From Alphaproteobacteria bacterium (GTDB lineage: Bacteria > Pseudomonadota > Alphaproteobacteria > Bin95): DNA of 64,000 nt. This document shows, piece after piece, positions 11,130-26,504 of the stretch; the first letter of the stretch is position 1, and each line of letters starts with the position of its first letter. The notes beneath the pieces were generated by a model, which had not been told where the DNA came from, did not search any database, and saw nothing but the letters and a program-made list of their open reading frames with translations. A program made the position numbers and the translations under genes. The stretch is taken from contig CBDBGH010000003.1 of the NCBI GenBank assembly GCA_965205265.1, positions 4,992,001 to 5,056,000 on the forward strand, given 5' to 3'.

Positions 11130-11564
11130 TCACTCCCTTCGCGCCTGGCGCAGGCCCGGATAGACCGCCAGGCCGCAGAACCGACCGCAGCGCTCGCAGC
11201 GGAACACCCGGGCGGGACGGTCGGGCCCGAAGGGCCGGGTTCCGGACCGCCCCGCCGGTATGCGCGCCACATCAGGACGCCGGCGCGCGACGGTCAAAGG
11301 GTGATGCGTCACTTTCTGCGCGATGGCCCGAACTGCCGGCTGCCGCACACGGCGCCGTTCGCGGTAGCGCCGCTGGCGCTCGGCATGCTTGTGACGGCCC
11401 CGGCGGCTGTTCTGGTAGCGCTGCCCCGCAAGGCGCACCGACCGACGCCGCGCCCGCCCGCTGCAACGCGGCGAACAGTAGATATGGCCAGAGTCGCAGC
11501 GCCGGCAGAGAACCACCTGGCGGCGGCACAGGGCGCAGGTGAACAGGCGGGCGGCGTTCCTCAT
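11130..11564 (-). CDS. Small Cys/Arg-rich (zinc-finger-like) protein upstream of istA
   Basis: CALC...CRRC...YCSPRC and a C-terminal CERC. Ends 2 nt before istA. Confidence 0.6.
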   Translation of the reverse strand: MRNAARLFTCALCRRQVVLCRRCDSGHIYCSPRCSGRARRRSVRLAGQRYQNSRRGRHKHAERQRRYRERRRVRQPAVRAIAQKVTHHPLTVARRRPDVARIPAGRSGTRPFGPDRPARVFRCERCGRFCGLAVYPGLRQARRE

Positions 11565-11793
11565 CGCGACCGATGAGAACGGGGTGGACCCACGCCCGGA
11601 CGCGCACGATACTGCGCTTCCGGGCCGCGCCTTGCATGGCTCGGGGGGTGCGGCGCCGGTCGTTGCCACCAAGCCAACGGGGCCGGCGCCGCATCGTTCT
11701 CAGAAGCCCCAGTCTACCCCCTGCCGCAGCCCGGGAACGGCCAACCCGGTCGCCAGGACGTCGCCGCCCTCCGGGAGGCGAAAATCTCAACGC

Positions 11794-11850
11794 GACGGGG
11801 GCCGAGGACTCCGGTCGGGCTACGCCCTCCTTCCGTCCTCGGCCCCCGTC
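11794..11850. repeat. 16-bp stem enclosing a conserved 25-nt core (IS21-associated hairpin)
   Basis: GACGGGGGCCGAGGAC / GTCCTCGGCCCCCGTC around TCCGGTCGGGCTACGCCCTCCTTCC. Confidence 0.8.
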
Positions 11851-12359
11851 ATAAACCCGGCCGCGCCTGTCTCACGCTGTTTGTCGTGCGCACCACAAAA
11901 GCGCGCTACGCCAGCAAATATGCGCCCTTTATGATAATCACCGACAGAGCGGTAGCCCGCTGGCGGCGCGGCGGCTGCCGGTCATCGAGTGGCATGGCGA
12001 GGACGGCGCCGATCTCGAGGTGTCCGGCATAGTGAGTCCGCAGCCGTTCGCCGGAGGCGGCTGGCGGCTTGTGGAATTCGGGTATCCGATGCGGCTTGAA
12101 CTGGTGCTGAACAGTCTCGCCGTCCAGCGGCTCGAGACCATGGAAGGGGAGTGGTCCTGGGGCAGCGCCGCTGTCGAGGTGGCCGTGACCGCCGGCGGGC
12201 TGCATGCGTCGGTCGACCGCGAAGTGACGCGGCGCGTTCGCAGTCGCGCCATGACCATGCCCGCAAGGGCGGCTGACGTCATTCCGCCGCCCGGGGCAGG
12301 GGAGCCGTCACCGGGACCGGACTTGTAGCGGCCGGAGTGTCCGGGAACAGGAGACGCGA

Positions 12360-13358
12360 ATGGTGAATGGAGAGGGAAGCGAGTCGATCGCGCCGCCGGA
12401 GGGCCTTCGGACGGCGGTCGCGAAGCACAATCTCGCGGTGCTTCTGAGGCATATGGACGAAGCGGGCCTCGGGAAGGTGGTCGCGCGGTTCGATGCCTGC
12501 TTCGGCGAGGAGTCGGTTTATCAGGTCGGATGCCTGTATGGACCCAGGCAGGCCAAGGGAGTGGCCGACGCCCCGGCTCCCGCGACGTTCGTTGACGGTC
12601 TTGTCGGCCTGGACCGGGACGCCTCCGGCGCCTGGCGGGCGGTTTCGGAACCGGCCAGGCGCTTCGAGACGGCAGTGCGGGAAACCGTCCGGGCGGCGCT
12701 CGACGTGGCCTTCCCGGAGTGGCAATACGGGCCGGGTTCGGAGGGTTCCGTCACATTCGACGGTCTTGAGGCGGACATCGCCTTCGGGATGCGCCGGGAG
12801 GAAGTGGACTGGGGCCATGGCTGGCTGCGCCCGGGCGAGATGGAGGAGATGCCGGCGGTCCGCAGCGATGCCGCGGACGACCGTCTGGCGGAGATGCGGG
12901 CGGTGGCCAACCGGCACAATCTTGCCTTGGTGATCGACGCCATGGGGGACGTGGGGGTGGAGGAGGTGACGATACGGACGCTCCCGCCGCCGACAGGAGG
13001 GAAGGTAGCGAAGATGGATTGGTCTCCGGGCGATGCCGTCGCGGTTTGCGAAACGAAAGCGGTCTCCGGCCTCATCGGCGTGTGTACGGAGTCCGGCGCC
13101 GTGCCGCGGCATCGCGAAGTGATGCCGGGCACCCTCGACCTTGCCCTGCAGATGCTGGCGCAGGACCTGCTGGAGTCGGCCGACGAGATGTGGGAACAGG
13201 GTATCGGCAAGGTCACCATCGATGCGGACGGGGCCCGGATGGAAGTGGAGCGTGTGGAGGCGGTCCATGTGGTGAACGAGGCGACGCTGCCGCCGGCGCG
13301 CCTTGCGGAGAAGGCCCTCGCGGGTCCAGAGGAGGGGGACGGTCCGGCGGGGCTGTGA
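12360..13358 (+). CDS. Tandem two-domain DUF6878-like protein
   Basis: HNLAVL...FPEWQYGPGSEG and a second HNLALV domain. Confidence 0.75.
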   Translation: MVNGEGSESIAPPEGLRTAVAKHNLAVLLRHMDEAGLGKVVARFDACFGEESVYQVGCLYGPRQAKGVADAPAPATFVDGLVGLDRDASGAWRAVSEPARRFETAVRETVRAALDVAFPEWQYGPGSEGSVTFDGLEADIAFGMRREEVDWGHGWLRPGEMEEMPAVRSDAADDRLAEMRAVANRHNLALVIDAMGDVGVEEVTIRTLPPPTGGKVAKMDWSPGDAVAVCETKAVSGLIGVCTESGAVPRHREVMPGTLDLALQMLAQDLLESADEMWEQGIGKVTIDADGARMEVERVEAVHVVNEATLPPARLAEKALAGPEEGDGPAGL

Positions 13359-13398
13359 CGATATCGGCCCGACAGGTGCGAAAGGAGACGGCGAGGCG

Positions 13399-14361
13399 AT
13401 GAGCCACGGAAACGGTGTCGACGTTCCGAGGAAGCTGCTGGAGACCGTAGCCCGCCACAACTTGGCGGTGCTTCAGGCGGTCATGCGCAAGGCGGGCGTG
13501 CAGGAACTCGACATATACTACGACAGCGAGAATGGCCGGAGGGTGGTCGAGAATGCCGTGTGCAACGGCAAAGACGCCTCTTCGGGGCCTATCTTCGAAT
13601 TCGACGTGGAGGGCCTCCAGGCCCTCGAGGAAACGCCGGAGGGCAATGACGAGGAGATGGAGGGTTGGTGGCGTGTGCCTGTCGCCACCATTCCCTTCGT
13701 GGATGCCGTGCGGACGGTCTGCTTCGATCTCGTGAGCACTCAGGATCCGGAATGGGATGCCGGGCTGGGAACGATCGGCTCGGTACGCGTGGGTCTGCAA
13801 AGCGCCACGGTCGTGCGTTACCGTCGGCTTGAGGAGTTTGCCTCCTTCGAGGAGAAGATCGAGGCGCAGGCGGCCGTGCTGCCTGACGTCGAGTCCATCG
13901 GCTCCGATGGCTGGGACGGGCACTGGGCGGCTGAGGTCGAGAGGCAGAATTTCGCCACGGTGCTCGCCTGCATGGCGGAGATGGGAGTTGAGGAGATCCG
14001 GGTCGAATTGACGAAGTTGCCGCCTGGGGCGGGCGTGGCCAGGGATGTGCGCAGCTCGCCGCGCTTCGATGCAGAGGATTGGCCGATGATCGATCAGAGA
14101 GTCGCGCAAGCGGCCGGAGAATCATGGACGGAAAGGCAGCCGCTTGAGACGGCGGTCGTGTCCCTGGTCGAGGAGGAAGTCCAGCGTGCATTCCCCTCTT
14201 GGATAGGCAAGTCGTTTACCGCGCAGGCCACGGTCACGAGCGAAGGGGTTCGTCTCAATATGGAACGGCGCAAGCTTGAGCGCGGGACGTCCTTCCTGCG
14301 GTCCCCGGCGCCGTGTGTAGGGCTCGGGGCGCCGGAAGGGGCCGGACCGGGCCCCGAGTGA
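13399..14361 (+). CDS. Tandem two-domain DUF6878-like protein
   Basis: HNLAVL...VEGLQ...PEWDAGLG and QNFATVL...FPSWIG. Confidence 0.7.
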   Translation: MSHGNGVDVPRKLLETVARHNLAVLQAVMRKAGVQELDIYYDSENGRRVVENAVCNGKDASSGPIFEFDVEGLQALEETPEGNDEEMEGWWRVPVATIPFVDAVRTVCFDLVSTQDPEWDAGLGTIGSVRVGLQSATVVRYRRLEEFASFEEKIEAQAAVLPDVESIGSDGWDGHWAAEVERQNFATVLACMAEMGVEEIRVELTKLPPGAGVARDVRSSPRFDAEDWPMIDQRVAQAAGESWTERQPLETAVVSLVEEEVQRAFPSWIGKSFTAQATVTSEGVRLNMERRKLERGTSFLRSPAPCVGLGAPEGAGPGPE

Positions 14362-14370
14362 GATGATGCG

Positions 14371-14781
14371 GTGATGCGTGGCTCCGCAGCAGGTGTTCCC
14401 GCCGGCGCGCGGCACCGGGAACACCTGCTGCTGGAACTCCTTGCGAAGGTCGCGGCCGGCCTTCATGCGCCGGACGGCGCGGAACATGAGGACGAGCTGC
14501 GCCAGCTGGGCTATGGCTGTTACCTGGCGCGCAGGAGGGTCGAGGACCCTGATGACAATCTCGGGCGCGTCGCCCTGTTCTGCATGCAATGCCTGGAGGG
14601 GAGGCCGAGGCCCGAGGATCGTCGTTTCCGGGACCCGGTCCAGGAGCGCTGGGGCGCTCCATGGCATATGGATATCGGGAAGTTACGGACGGAATTGCCG
14701 GTTTACCTGATGCGGCTCCGGCGGGAGACGCCCGGCCCGGAGCCGGGTTGCCGGCCTGAATCGGGCCCGCAAGCGGATTGA
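14371..14781 (+). CDS. Hypothetical protein
   Basis: Fills the operon gap, overlaps the next start, and has a Pro/Gly tail. Confidence 0.5.
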   Translation: MMRGSAAGVPAGARHREHLLLELLAKVAAGLHAPDGAEHEDELRQLGYGCYLARRRVEDPDDNLGRVALFCMQCLEGRPRPEDRRFRDPVQERWGAPWHMDIGKLRTELPVYLMRLRRETPGPEPGCRPESGPQAD

Positions 14782-15293
14782 CATTGCAATCGGATTGTGA
14801 TAGAAATGCGGGCAATCGGGAAACTGCTCGCCGGAGTCGGGAAGCCGTGTCATCCGCCATCCAGATGGCCAGGGAACTGGCAAGGGCGCTGCTCGCCGGG
14901 CAGACGGACAAGGCCGGACGGCCGGCGTTCGACCACGCTGCCCGGGTTGCGGGCCGTGTCGGCAGCGCGGCCGCGCCGCTCGCCTGGCTTCATGATCTGG
15001 TCGAGGATACCGATCTCACGCTGAGAGCCGTCGAGGCCATTTTCGGGGCCGACATGGCCACGGACGTGTGTGCATTGACCCGCAGGGACGGGGAAACCTA
15101 CACGGACTATATCGCGCGGGTCTGTGTCGCCTCCGAAACGGCGCGCCGCGTCAAGCTCGCCGACCTGGAGGACCATCTCGAGCTGGCGGCGGACATTCCT
15201 CCCACTCTGGTGGAGCGTTACAGGAGGGCCTTCGACCGGTTGGAGGACTCCTTCAACGAACATGACAATCTGCCGTCCTACGGGCCGGGTTAG
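14778..15293 (+). CDS. HD-domain protein, small alarmone hydrolase (RelA/SpoT HD)-like
   Basis: GQTDKAGRP..DH..RVA, WLHDLVEDT, VKLADLEDH. Confidence 0.85.
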   Translation: MTLQSDCDRNAGNRETARRSREAVSSAIQMARELARALLAGQTDKAGRPAFDHAARVAGRVGSAAAPLAWLHDLVEDTDLTLRAVEAIFGADMATDVCALTRRDGETYTDYIARVCVASETARRVKLADLEDHLELAADIPPTLVERYRRAFDRLEDSFNEHDNLPSYGPG

Positions 15294-15304
15294 GGAGTCA
15301 ACTC

Positions 15305-15487
15305 ATGATGTGGATTCTCGGCATTATGGCGCTCATCACGCTCAGCGCGGGGCTCAGCGAGATGGCGTATGCCCTCGAAGGCGCCGGACGTTCGAGGCTG
15401 ACCGTGCGCCGCTTGGGATCCGGAGGCCTTTTGACGATGTTCGGGTTCGTGCTGGGCGGGTATTGGCTCCATCTCGCGTCGTCCTAG
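15305..15487 (+). CDS. Small membrane protein
   Basis: Two hydrophobic segments. GGGAG RBS. Confidence 0.45.
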   Translation: MMWILGIMALITLSAGLSEMAYALEGAGRSRLTVRRLGSGGLLTMFGFVLGGYWLHLASS

Positions 15488-15503
15488 ACGGTGATGGCGC
15501 CCG

Positions 15504-15761
15504 GTGTTTCAAGCGCTCTATATGGTAGCGGTCGCGAGTTTTGCGTGCGGATGCGGACTGTCGTACTTCTTCGTGTACCGGTATGCCTCGCTCCAGTCAT
15601 GCTCGCGATATGTGCTGTGGGCGGGGCTCTGGTTGCAGGGGCTCGGTCTCGGTGGCTGGCTGTTGCTGGCCGCGGCTGGCCTCGGTTCTGGAGGCTCTGC
15701 CGGACCCATGGGAATTCAGGACATGTTTCCCTGGTTTTTCTGGATTGACCTGCCGTGGTGA
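15504..15761 (+). CDS. Small membrane protein
   Basis: Hydrophobic ORF directly downstream. Start uncertain. Confidence 0.35.
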   Translation: MFQALYMVAVASFACGCGLSYFFVYRYASLQSCSRYVLWAGLWLQGLGLGGWLLLAAAGLGSGGSAGPMGIQDMFPWFFWIDLPW

Positions 15762-15852
15762 TTTCCTGCGTAGAAGCCAACGCCTGAAAGCAGGAAAATT
15801 GCGGCAGGGCTGTGCCTCCTCCGCTCTCATTGCGCCGTGCGGTGGATCCGCC

Positions 15853-16689
15853 TCAGTCGAAGGGGGACGGCTGCGGCAAGGCGTCGGAGTCCGCCTGCCC
15901 TGTCGCCTCCGCGACCAGCGCGTCGAGAGCGTCCCGGTCGTTGCCCTGGGCCGCCGGAAGCGCCGCCACCACGAATGCCGGCGTGCAGAGCGGAAGCAGC
16001 GCCGAGGCAGCCCGCTTCGTCTCCGGGCCGCCCTCGGCCTGGAGGTCGAGGATCTCTACCGTTGGAGCGGACTCCTGCCCGGGGCCGGACCAGCGCAGGC
16101 GCCACATCTCCGGGATCCGGAGCGAGCGGTAGAAGGCGGGCTTGTCTGCCGAGGCGCTGGTGTAATCCACCTCGACGACAAGGTCCGGAAGCTCATGCTT
16201 CCCGAATTCCTTCATCGCCTTTTGGCCTGCAGCCACGGCGGCGCGCCAGCGCAATGCCTTCTCGCCGAAGATGTAGCAGGCGTCAGGCTCTGCCTGCGAT
16301 CGGTCCCGATCCTCATCCGGCCCGATTTCCGGCTCGTTGTCGCCGCCGGGCCGGAGCGTCCAGGAGCCGGCGACGACAACTGGAAGACCGTCAGCGTGGG
16401 CGATCGCCTTGACAAGATCGCCGATGCCCTCGCCGTAATTCTCATGCGGCATCGAGGGCGACATCAACGCGATCAGGCCGGCCTTCGCATCGGCAAACAG
16501 GCGGCCGGCATCGCCCCGCCATTCGTCCATGCGGTCGAGCAACGCCGCGATGTCCGAAGGCGTGCCGTGCAGCACCAGGGTCGGCGATCCCAATGCCCCC
16601 GCCACGGTCTCCGCCCATACTGACGGGCCCGCGCAAGCGGGAACCGCCGAACCGCCTCCCGAAGCGAAGGGCAAATCGATCACGTTCAT
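15853..16689 (-). CDS. Uma2 (DUF820) family PD-(D/E)XK endonuclease
   Basis: LMSPSMPHE, AEPDACY, PDLVVEVD, FYRSLRIPEMW. Confidence 0.85.
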   Translation of the reverse strand: MNVIDLPFASGGGSAVPACAGPSVWAETVAGALGSPTLVLHGTPSDIAALLDRMDEWRGDAGRLFADAKAGLIALMSPSMPHENYGEGIGDLVKAIAHADGLPVVVAGSWTLRPGGDNEPEIGPDEDRDRSQAEPDACYIFGEKALRWRAAVAAGQKAMKEFGKHELPDLVVEVDYTSASADKPAFYRSLRIPEMWRLRWSGPGQESAPTVEILDLQAEGGPETKRAASALLPLCTPAFVVAALPAAQGNDRDALDALVAEATGQADSDALPQPSPFD

Positions 16690-16964
16690 GAGGTTCTCGC
16701 CCCTTCCGCAGGCAGCGCCATTGTAGCACGGCGCCGCCTCGTTGTCCTCTCGGCATGCCACCTTGATTTCGGCGAAGGACGCGCGTTTTGTCCGTGGATT
16801 CAATCGTTTGCTCGCAGGGGCGCTCGATTCCCGCAGAAATTCCGAACGCCTCTGGAAAAATGGCATCGCACAGAGCACCGCTGAAGCCGTCCGGGGCGGG
16901 CACTCTCCCGGCGCGCAGGACTCGGACGATGCCGATCCGGTCCTCCCGGCCGGACCTGGCAGGT

Positions 16965-22229
<5,265 letters not shown>

Positions 22230-22320
22230 TCGGTCCAGCAGGGAAACGACAATCCGTGAGGCATGCTGCCGATCATTCCGCCTGTCATAATGACGGACGG
22301 CGTGATGGGCAAGGGGACCG

Positions 22321-23127
22321 TCAGGATGCGGATTGCAACGGGGCCGCGGATGCTCCGCGGACGTCGGCCTCCCGGCGAATGCCACCCGGTGGCATGCCGG
22401 ATGACGGTGTGGGCGCATGCGCGTCCGCCAGGGGGTCAAAGGCCTCCGAACAGATTGGACGGCCTTCCGCGGGGCTTGCCGCACGCGATACGGTCCTGAT
22501 CGTATCGGGGTCGCGTGCGGCTACCATGGCGCTGTCGCGGGCGATGGCCAGGTTGACGGCGAAGACGGCATCTTCATCGAGTGCCGCAAGTTCCCGGCGC
22601 TCAGGACCGAGCACGAGCCAGAGGAGAACGTCGGGAGCGATCGGGCATACCAGACCCGAATTCACGGCGCCCGGCCGCGTGCCGGTGCGCGGCGCGCCGG
22701 CGGCCAGCACCGACGGGTGCCCCAGCAGGAGGCCCGGGTGCCGGAGGGTGAAGAGGCAAAGCCCGGTCGCCTCGAGAAGCCGGGCGGCGACGGGGGCGCC
22801 CGGGGCGTCGGGCTCGAACGCCGTTCTCCTGTGCTGCGCCACCATCCAGGCGCAGAGAAGCGCCCGGCTGTCCTCATCTATCGCGGGCGGCCTTCCGGTG
22901 CGTGCCTGGTCGCCCAGCCGTGCCGTGATCGTTCCGATCGGGTCCGCGGAGCCGTTGCCGTGCAGGGAAACAAGGGTTTCGGGCAGGCTCTGGCGCACGG
23001 TATCCACCGGCCAGTCGCGCTTGCGCCACCAGAGCGTTCCGTCATCGCCGGCGAAACGGCGCGCAAGCCACGGAAGAATCCCGGTCCGGACGCCGGATTC
23101 CTTCGAATTCCCGTTTGTCATGTTCAT
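22321..23127 (-). CDS. Hypothetical protein, possibly a degenerate DUF4238-like protein
   Basis: LPWLARRFA..., LVCPIAPDVLL and VFAVN weakly resemble DUF4238. Confidence 0.4.
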   Translation of the reverse strand: MNMTNGNSKESGVRTGILPWLARRFAGDDGTLWWRKRDWPVDTVRQSLPETLVSLHGNGSADPIGTITARLGDQARTGRPPAIDEDSRALLCAWMVAQHRRTAFEPDAPGAPVAARLLEATGLCLFTLRHPGLLLGHPSVLAAGAPRTGTRPGAVNSGLVCPIAPDVLLWLVLGPERRELAALDEDAVFAVNLAIARDSAMVAARDPDTIRTVSRAASPAEGRPICSEAFDPLADAHAPTPSSGMPPGGIRREADVRGASAAPLQSAS

Positions 23128-23280
23128 GATCGCCGCTCCGGCCCAGGGACGGGTCGATGTTAACGGGCGGCGTAATTAGGCTCAAGGTGGCCGCATCACG
23201 ACCGCAAGGTCGGCGCTTTGCGTTTTCGCCCGGTCCGTGGATGATTGCGCTTACCCGAATGCCGCGGAGGAGATTCCGGG

Positions 23281-23976
23281 ATGAGCCTCGACTTCGGCAC
23301 TGCCGGTTATGGGGAGATCATGGCGTGGCTCCGCAACGGAGGAGAGCCGAACACGCCGTTGGAGGATGGCTCGATGCCGCTGCACTGGGCTGCGGGCGAA
23401 GGCCGTTACCGGGAGTGCGGAGCCCTTCTGCGGGGCGGGGCCGATGTCAATGCCCGTGACCGGGACGGTTCAGGGCCGTTGCACTGGGCCGCCAGCCAGG
23501 GACACGCGGCCAGTTGCGGCCTGCTCCTCGGTCAGGGTGCCGATCCGGTCGCCCTGAACTGCGACGGCCTCACGCCGCTGCACCTGGCGGCGCGCGAAGG
23601 GTATGCACACCTCCTGGAGGTTTTCCGGGAACCGGCAGGAGCCCATGCCGGCATCGATGTCGCCACGGTGTCATCGGATTGCAACGACACGCTCCTGCAT
23701 TGCGCTGCCGCTTGCGGACAGACGGAATTCGTTTCCCGGCTTCTGTCGTCCGGTGCCGGAATCGACGATCGGAATTTCTGGGGGACGACAGCACTCCACT
23801 ATGCTGTCGGCGCTGGCTGTCGGCCGACAGTCGAGGTCCTTCTCGATGCCGGCGCCGATCCCCGGATCAAGGATGACAACGGGGCAACGCCGCTCGATCT
23901 CGCACCCTCCTGGCCGGGCCTCCACGAAGCGATGGAGGCGAGGATGAAGGAGAGGCCGGCACCGACGCCTGCATAG
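23281..23976 (+). CDS. Ankyrin-repeat protein
   Basis: Repeated PLHWAA/TPLHLAA...GADVNARD units. Confidence 0.95.
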   Translation: MSLDFGTAGYGEIMAWLRNGGEPNTPLEDGSMPLHWAAGEGRYRECGALLRGGADVNARDRDGSGPLHWAASQGHAASCGLLLGQGADPVALNCDGLTPLHLAAREGYAHLLEVFREPAGAHAGIDVATVSSDCNDTLLHCAAACGQTEFVSRLLSSGAGIDDRNFWGTTALHYAVGAGCRPTVEVLLDAGADPRIKDDNGATPLDLAPSWPGLHEAMEARMKERPAPTPA

Positions 23977-24035
23977 TCGGGCGGTCGGACGGCGGTTCGG
24001 TTCCGTCTTCCGGCATGACAGCCACGGCCGTGCCG

Positions 24036-25172
24036 TCATCGGGGGTGATGGTAGTGTCCTGATTCTGAAGTTTTGATGATTTTCATCTGGCGTTCGGCAG
24101 TTTCCAGCGTCCGCAGACAGAAGCGCTTGATGGTGGCAAGGATGTCGTCGGCGGATTTGGTCCAGCGGAAGGGTCGCGGGTCGGCGTTGACGGTGTCGAT
24201 GTAGTTCCGGATGGCCTGCTCGAGTTCCTGGGGCGAGCGATGAACCCCGCGCCTGAGCTGTTTCTCGGTCAAGAGTGCGAAGAAGCGCTCGACCTGGTTG
24301 AGCCAGGAGGCGCCGGTGGGCGTGAAGTGGACATGCCAGCGGGGATGCCGGGCCAGCCAACGCCGGACGGCGGGCGTCTTGTGGGTTGCGTAGTTGTCCA
24401 TCACCAGATGGACGTCGAGCTCGCCGGGGACCTGGGCTTCGAGCGTGCGCAGGAACTTGAGGAACTCCCGGCTGCGGTGGCGCGGCAAGCACTGGCCGAT
24501 GACCCGGCCGGTGGCGATGTCCAGCGCCGCGAACAGCGTGGTGGTGCCATGGCGCGTGTAGTCATGAGTACGCCGCTCGACCTGACCCGGCCGCATGGGA
24601 AGCAGCGGGCGGGAGCGGTCCAGAGCTTGGATCTGGCTCTTCTCATCGACGCAGAGCACCAGCGCGCGCTCGGGCGGGTCGAGATAGAGGCCGACAATGT
24701 CCCGCACCTTCTCCACAAACAGTGGGTCCGACGACAGCTTGAACGTCTCCGAGCGATGCGGCTGCAGGCCGAAAGCCTGCCAGATGCGATGGATCGTCGA
24801 GGGCGCATAGCCTGCAGCGCGCGCCATCGAGCGCAGGCTCCAATGCGTGCCGTCGGGGGGTGTTTCTTCCAGGGTGCGGGCAATGACCTCCGCAACCTCC
24901 TCGTCACCGATCTTGCGCGGAGCGCCCGGGCGCGGCTCGTCATAGAGCCCGTCAAGCCCGCGCTCGGCAAAACGCCGCCGCCATTTGCCGACCGTATTCG
25001 CATCCGCTCCCAAGCGCGCAACTATCGCCTTGTTCTCCAGACCCTCAGCAGCAGCCAGGACAATCCGAGCCCGACGCGCCAGTCCCTGCGCCGTCTTCCG
25101 ACGCCGCGTCAAACCCTCCAACTCTCGTCGTTCTGCTGCCGACAAAGTAATCGCGACCGCTGCTCTCCCCAC
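24036..25172 (-). CDS. IS630 transposase
   Basis: [28 protein letters not shown]. Confidence 0.95.
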   Translation of the reverse strand: MGRAAVAITLSAAERRELEGLTRRRKTAQGLARRARIVLAAAEGLENKAIVARLGADANTVGKWRRRFAERGLDGLYDEPRPGAPRKIGDEEVAEVIARTLEETPPDGTHWSLRSMARAAGYAPSTIHRIWQAFGLQPHRSETFKLSSDPLFVEKVRDIVGLYLDPPERALVLCVDEKSQIQALDRSRPLLPMRPGQVERRTHDYTRHGTTTLFAALDIATGRVIGQCLPRHRSREFLKFLRTLEAQVPGELDVHLVMDNYATHKTPAVRRWLARHPRWHVHFTPTGASWLNQVERFFALLTEKQLRRGVHRSPQELEQAIRNYIDTVNADPRPFRWTKSADDILATIKRFCLRTLETAERQMKIIKTSESGHYHHPR

Positions 25173-25231
25173 CGGTCAGCCCTCCATCAAAACCGATAAT
25201 CTTATTCTAATAAACTTCTCGATCAGGATAG
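24054..25231 (-). mobile_element. IS630-family insertion sequence
   Basis: TA at 24052-53 and 25232-33. IRs GTGTCCTGAT / ATCAGGATAG. Confidence 0.85.
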
Positions 25232-25246
25232 TAGCGGATTTGCCGG

Positions 25247-25546
25247 TTATTGCGGCCCCTGTGCGGGCGCTTCCAGGTTCTCCCGGAGAGCGTCGACGCG
25301 GTCTTCGGCGTCCTCGCGTTCCTCCTGGGCCCGGTCGAGATCGTCGCGCGCGGCCGCGAGTCTGGCTTCGGCTTCCCGAAGGTCGGCGTTTTCCTCGTCT
25401 TCCTCGGCTTCGGCCTCGGCAAGTTGCTCTTCGACGTCGGCGAGGCTCTCCTCGGCCTCGGCCAGGGCGTTTTCGGCCTCGGCTTCCCTGAGTTCGGCGT
25501 TGGCCAGGTCGGATTCGGCTTGCTCGAGTTCGGTTCGGGACGTCAC
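25247..25546 (-). CDS. Small acidic coiled-coil protein
   Basis: Heptad-like EAE..L repeats, highly acidic. Confidence 0.6.
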   Translation of the reverse strand: MTSRTELEQAESDLANAELREAEAENALAEAEESLADVEEQLAEAEAEEDEENADLREAEARLAAARDDLDRAQEEREDAEDRVDALRENLEAPAQGPQ

Positions 25547-25637
25547 GGTGCGGGTTCCCTTTCGCCGTCGGCGCGCTTGCGGACCCGGATGCGCATGAAC
25601 GCAACGAGGGCCCCGGCTTCTTCAATCCCCTCGTGTG

Positions 25638-25841
25638 TCATGGCGCGGGGCCGGCCATGTCCGCGGCTTCCTGCCGGTTTGCCCGGCGGACCCGGGCCAT
25701 GTCGAGGAAGCTGCGGAACGACACATCGGCCCATGCTTCGGTGAAGGCCCTGTAACAGGCCATGCGGGCCCTGCTCCGCGTTTCGGCGAGGCACAGATAT
25801 GGGGTCTCGAACCCGCGAACCTCTACCGCGTACGGTTTCAC
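25638..25841 (-). CDS. Small hypothetical protein
   Basis: GTG overlaps the upstream stop. Ends DMAGPAP. A 32-aa coupled ORF (25543-25641) follows. Confidence 0.45.
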   Translation of the reverse strand: MKPYAVEVRGFETPYLCLAETRSRARMACYRAFTEAWADVSFRSFLDMARVRRANRQEAADMAGPAP

Positions 25842-26404
25842 GGTGAGACCGCATGTCCTGTGTCGGGGGAATCGGATCCCTCGACCAATGCGACCGTCCG
25901 CGGACTTTGCGCTCCCAGGCGGTCCATGATCTCCTCCCAGGCCTCGCGGTCCCGTAAACGGTCCCCGGACCTCGCCAGACGTTCCTCGATGACCTCGCCG
26001 AGATTGCGTCCCGCCCAGGCGGGGGCATCGTCCTCGTACGGACTGCACCGCCACTCGCCATCCTCGAGGGCATAGATGCAGCCGACCTGGTGGCCCCACC
26101 GGCTGTCCCGGAGAATCCGGACGGCGGTTTCGCCGACGCTTTCCCCCGGTTCCGCCCGGCCCGAAAACAGATTCGCGCGCCCCTGTTGCGGGTTGCGGGC
26201 GAGTATCGGTCTGCAGGTGTCCGGCGTTGGTCCCAGTTCGTCCAGATCGCCCAGCTGAAGAAGGCGCTCGATAGTCCCGGTATCCCGGTAATGCTCGACC
26301 AGCATGAAGCCGTTCCAGGGGTCGTCCGGGCGGCCGCCATTGTAGAGGCCGCAGATCACGAAGCCCTTCGGTGTCTGCGCGCAGATCGCGCCATGTCGGG
26401 CCAT
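25838..26404 (-). CDS. Hypothetical phage/plasmid-type protein
   Basis: GGGAG RBS. NGFMLVEHY...LLQLGDLDELG resembles a common phage hypothetical family. Confidence 0.6.
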   Translation of the reverse strand: MARHGAICAQTPKGFVICGLYNGGRPDDPWNGFMLVEHYRDTGTIERLLQLGDLDELGPTPDTCRPILARNPQQGRANLFSGRAEPGESVGETAVRILRDSRWGHQVGCIYALEDGEWRCSPYEDDAPAWAGRNLGEVIEERLARSGDRLRDREAWEEIMDRLGAQSPRTVALVEGSDSPDTGHAVSP

Positions 26405-26504
26405 GTCGGTCTTCTCCCGGTCGTCATAAGGGACAACGACAGGGTCACTATCGCAGGAGCGCGTGAAAATTCCCAAGCGATGCCGGCACCCTTGTTTCCG
26501 CTTT

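Larger units (their letters stand above)
6807..11946 (-). mobile_element. IS21-family element with passenger genes (contains nested IS630)
   Basis: TG...CA ends with imperfect IRs (AAGGGCGnnTATTTGCTGGCG). 6-bp TSD GAGCGG at 6801-6806 and 11947-11952. istA and istB inside. Confidence 0.9.
6157..12328 (+). pseudogene. Two-domain DUF6878-like gene split by an IS21 insertion
   Basis: Removing 6807-11952 rejoins ...EEVVLRSG|SPLAARRLPVIEW... in frame with ORF 12020-12328. Two HNL motifs. Confidence 0.8.
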
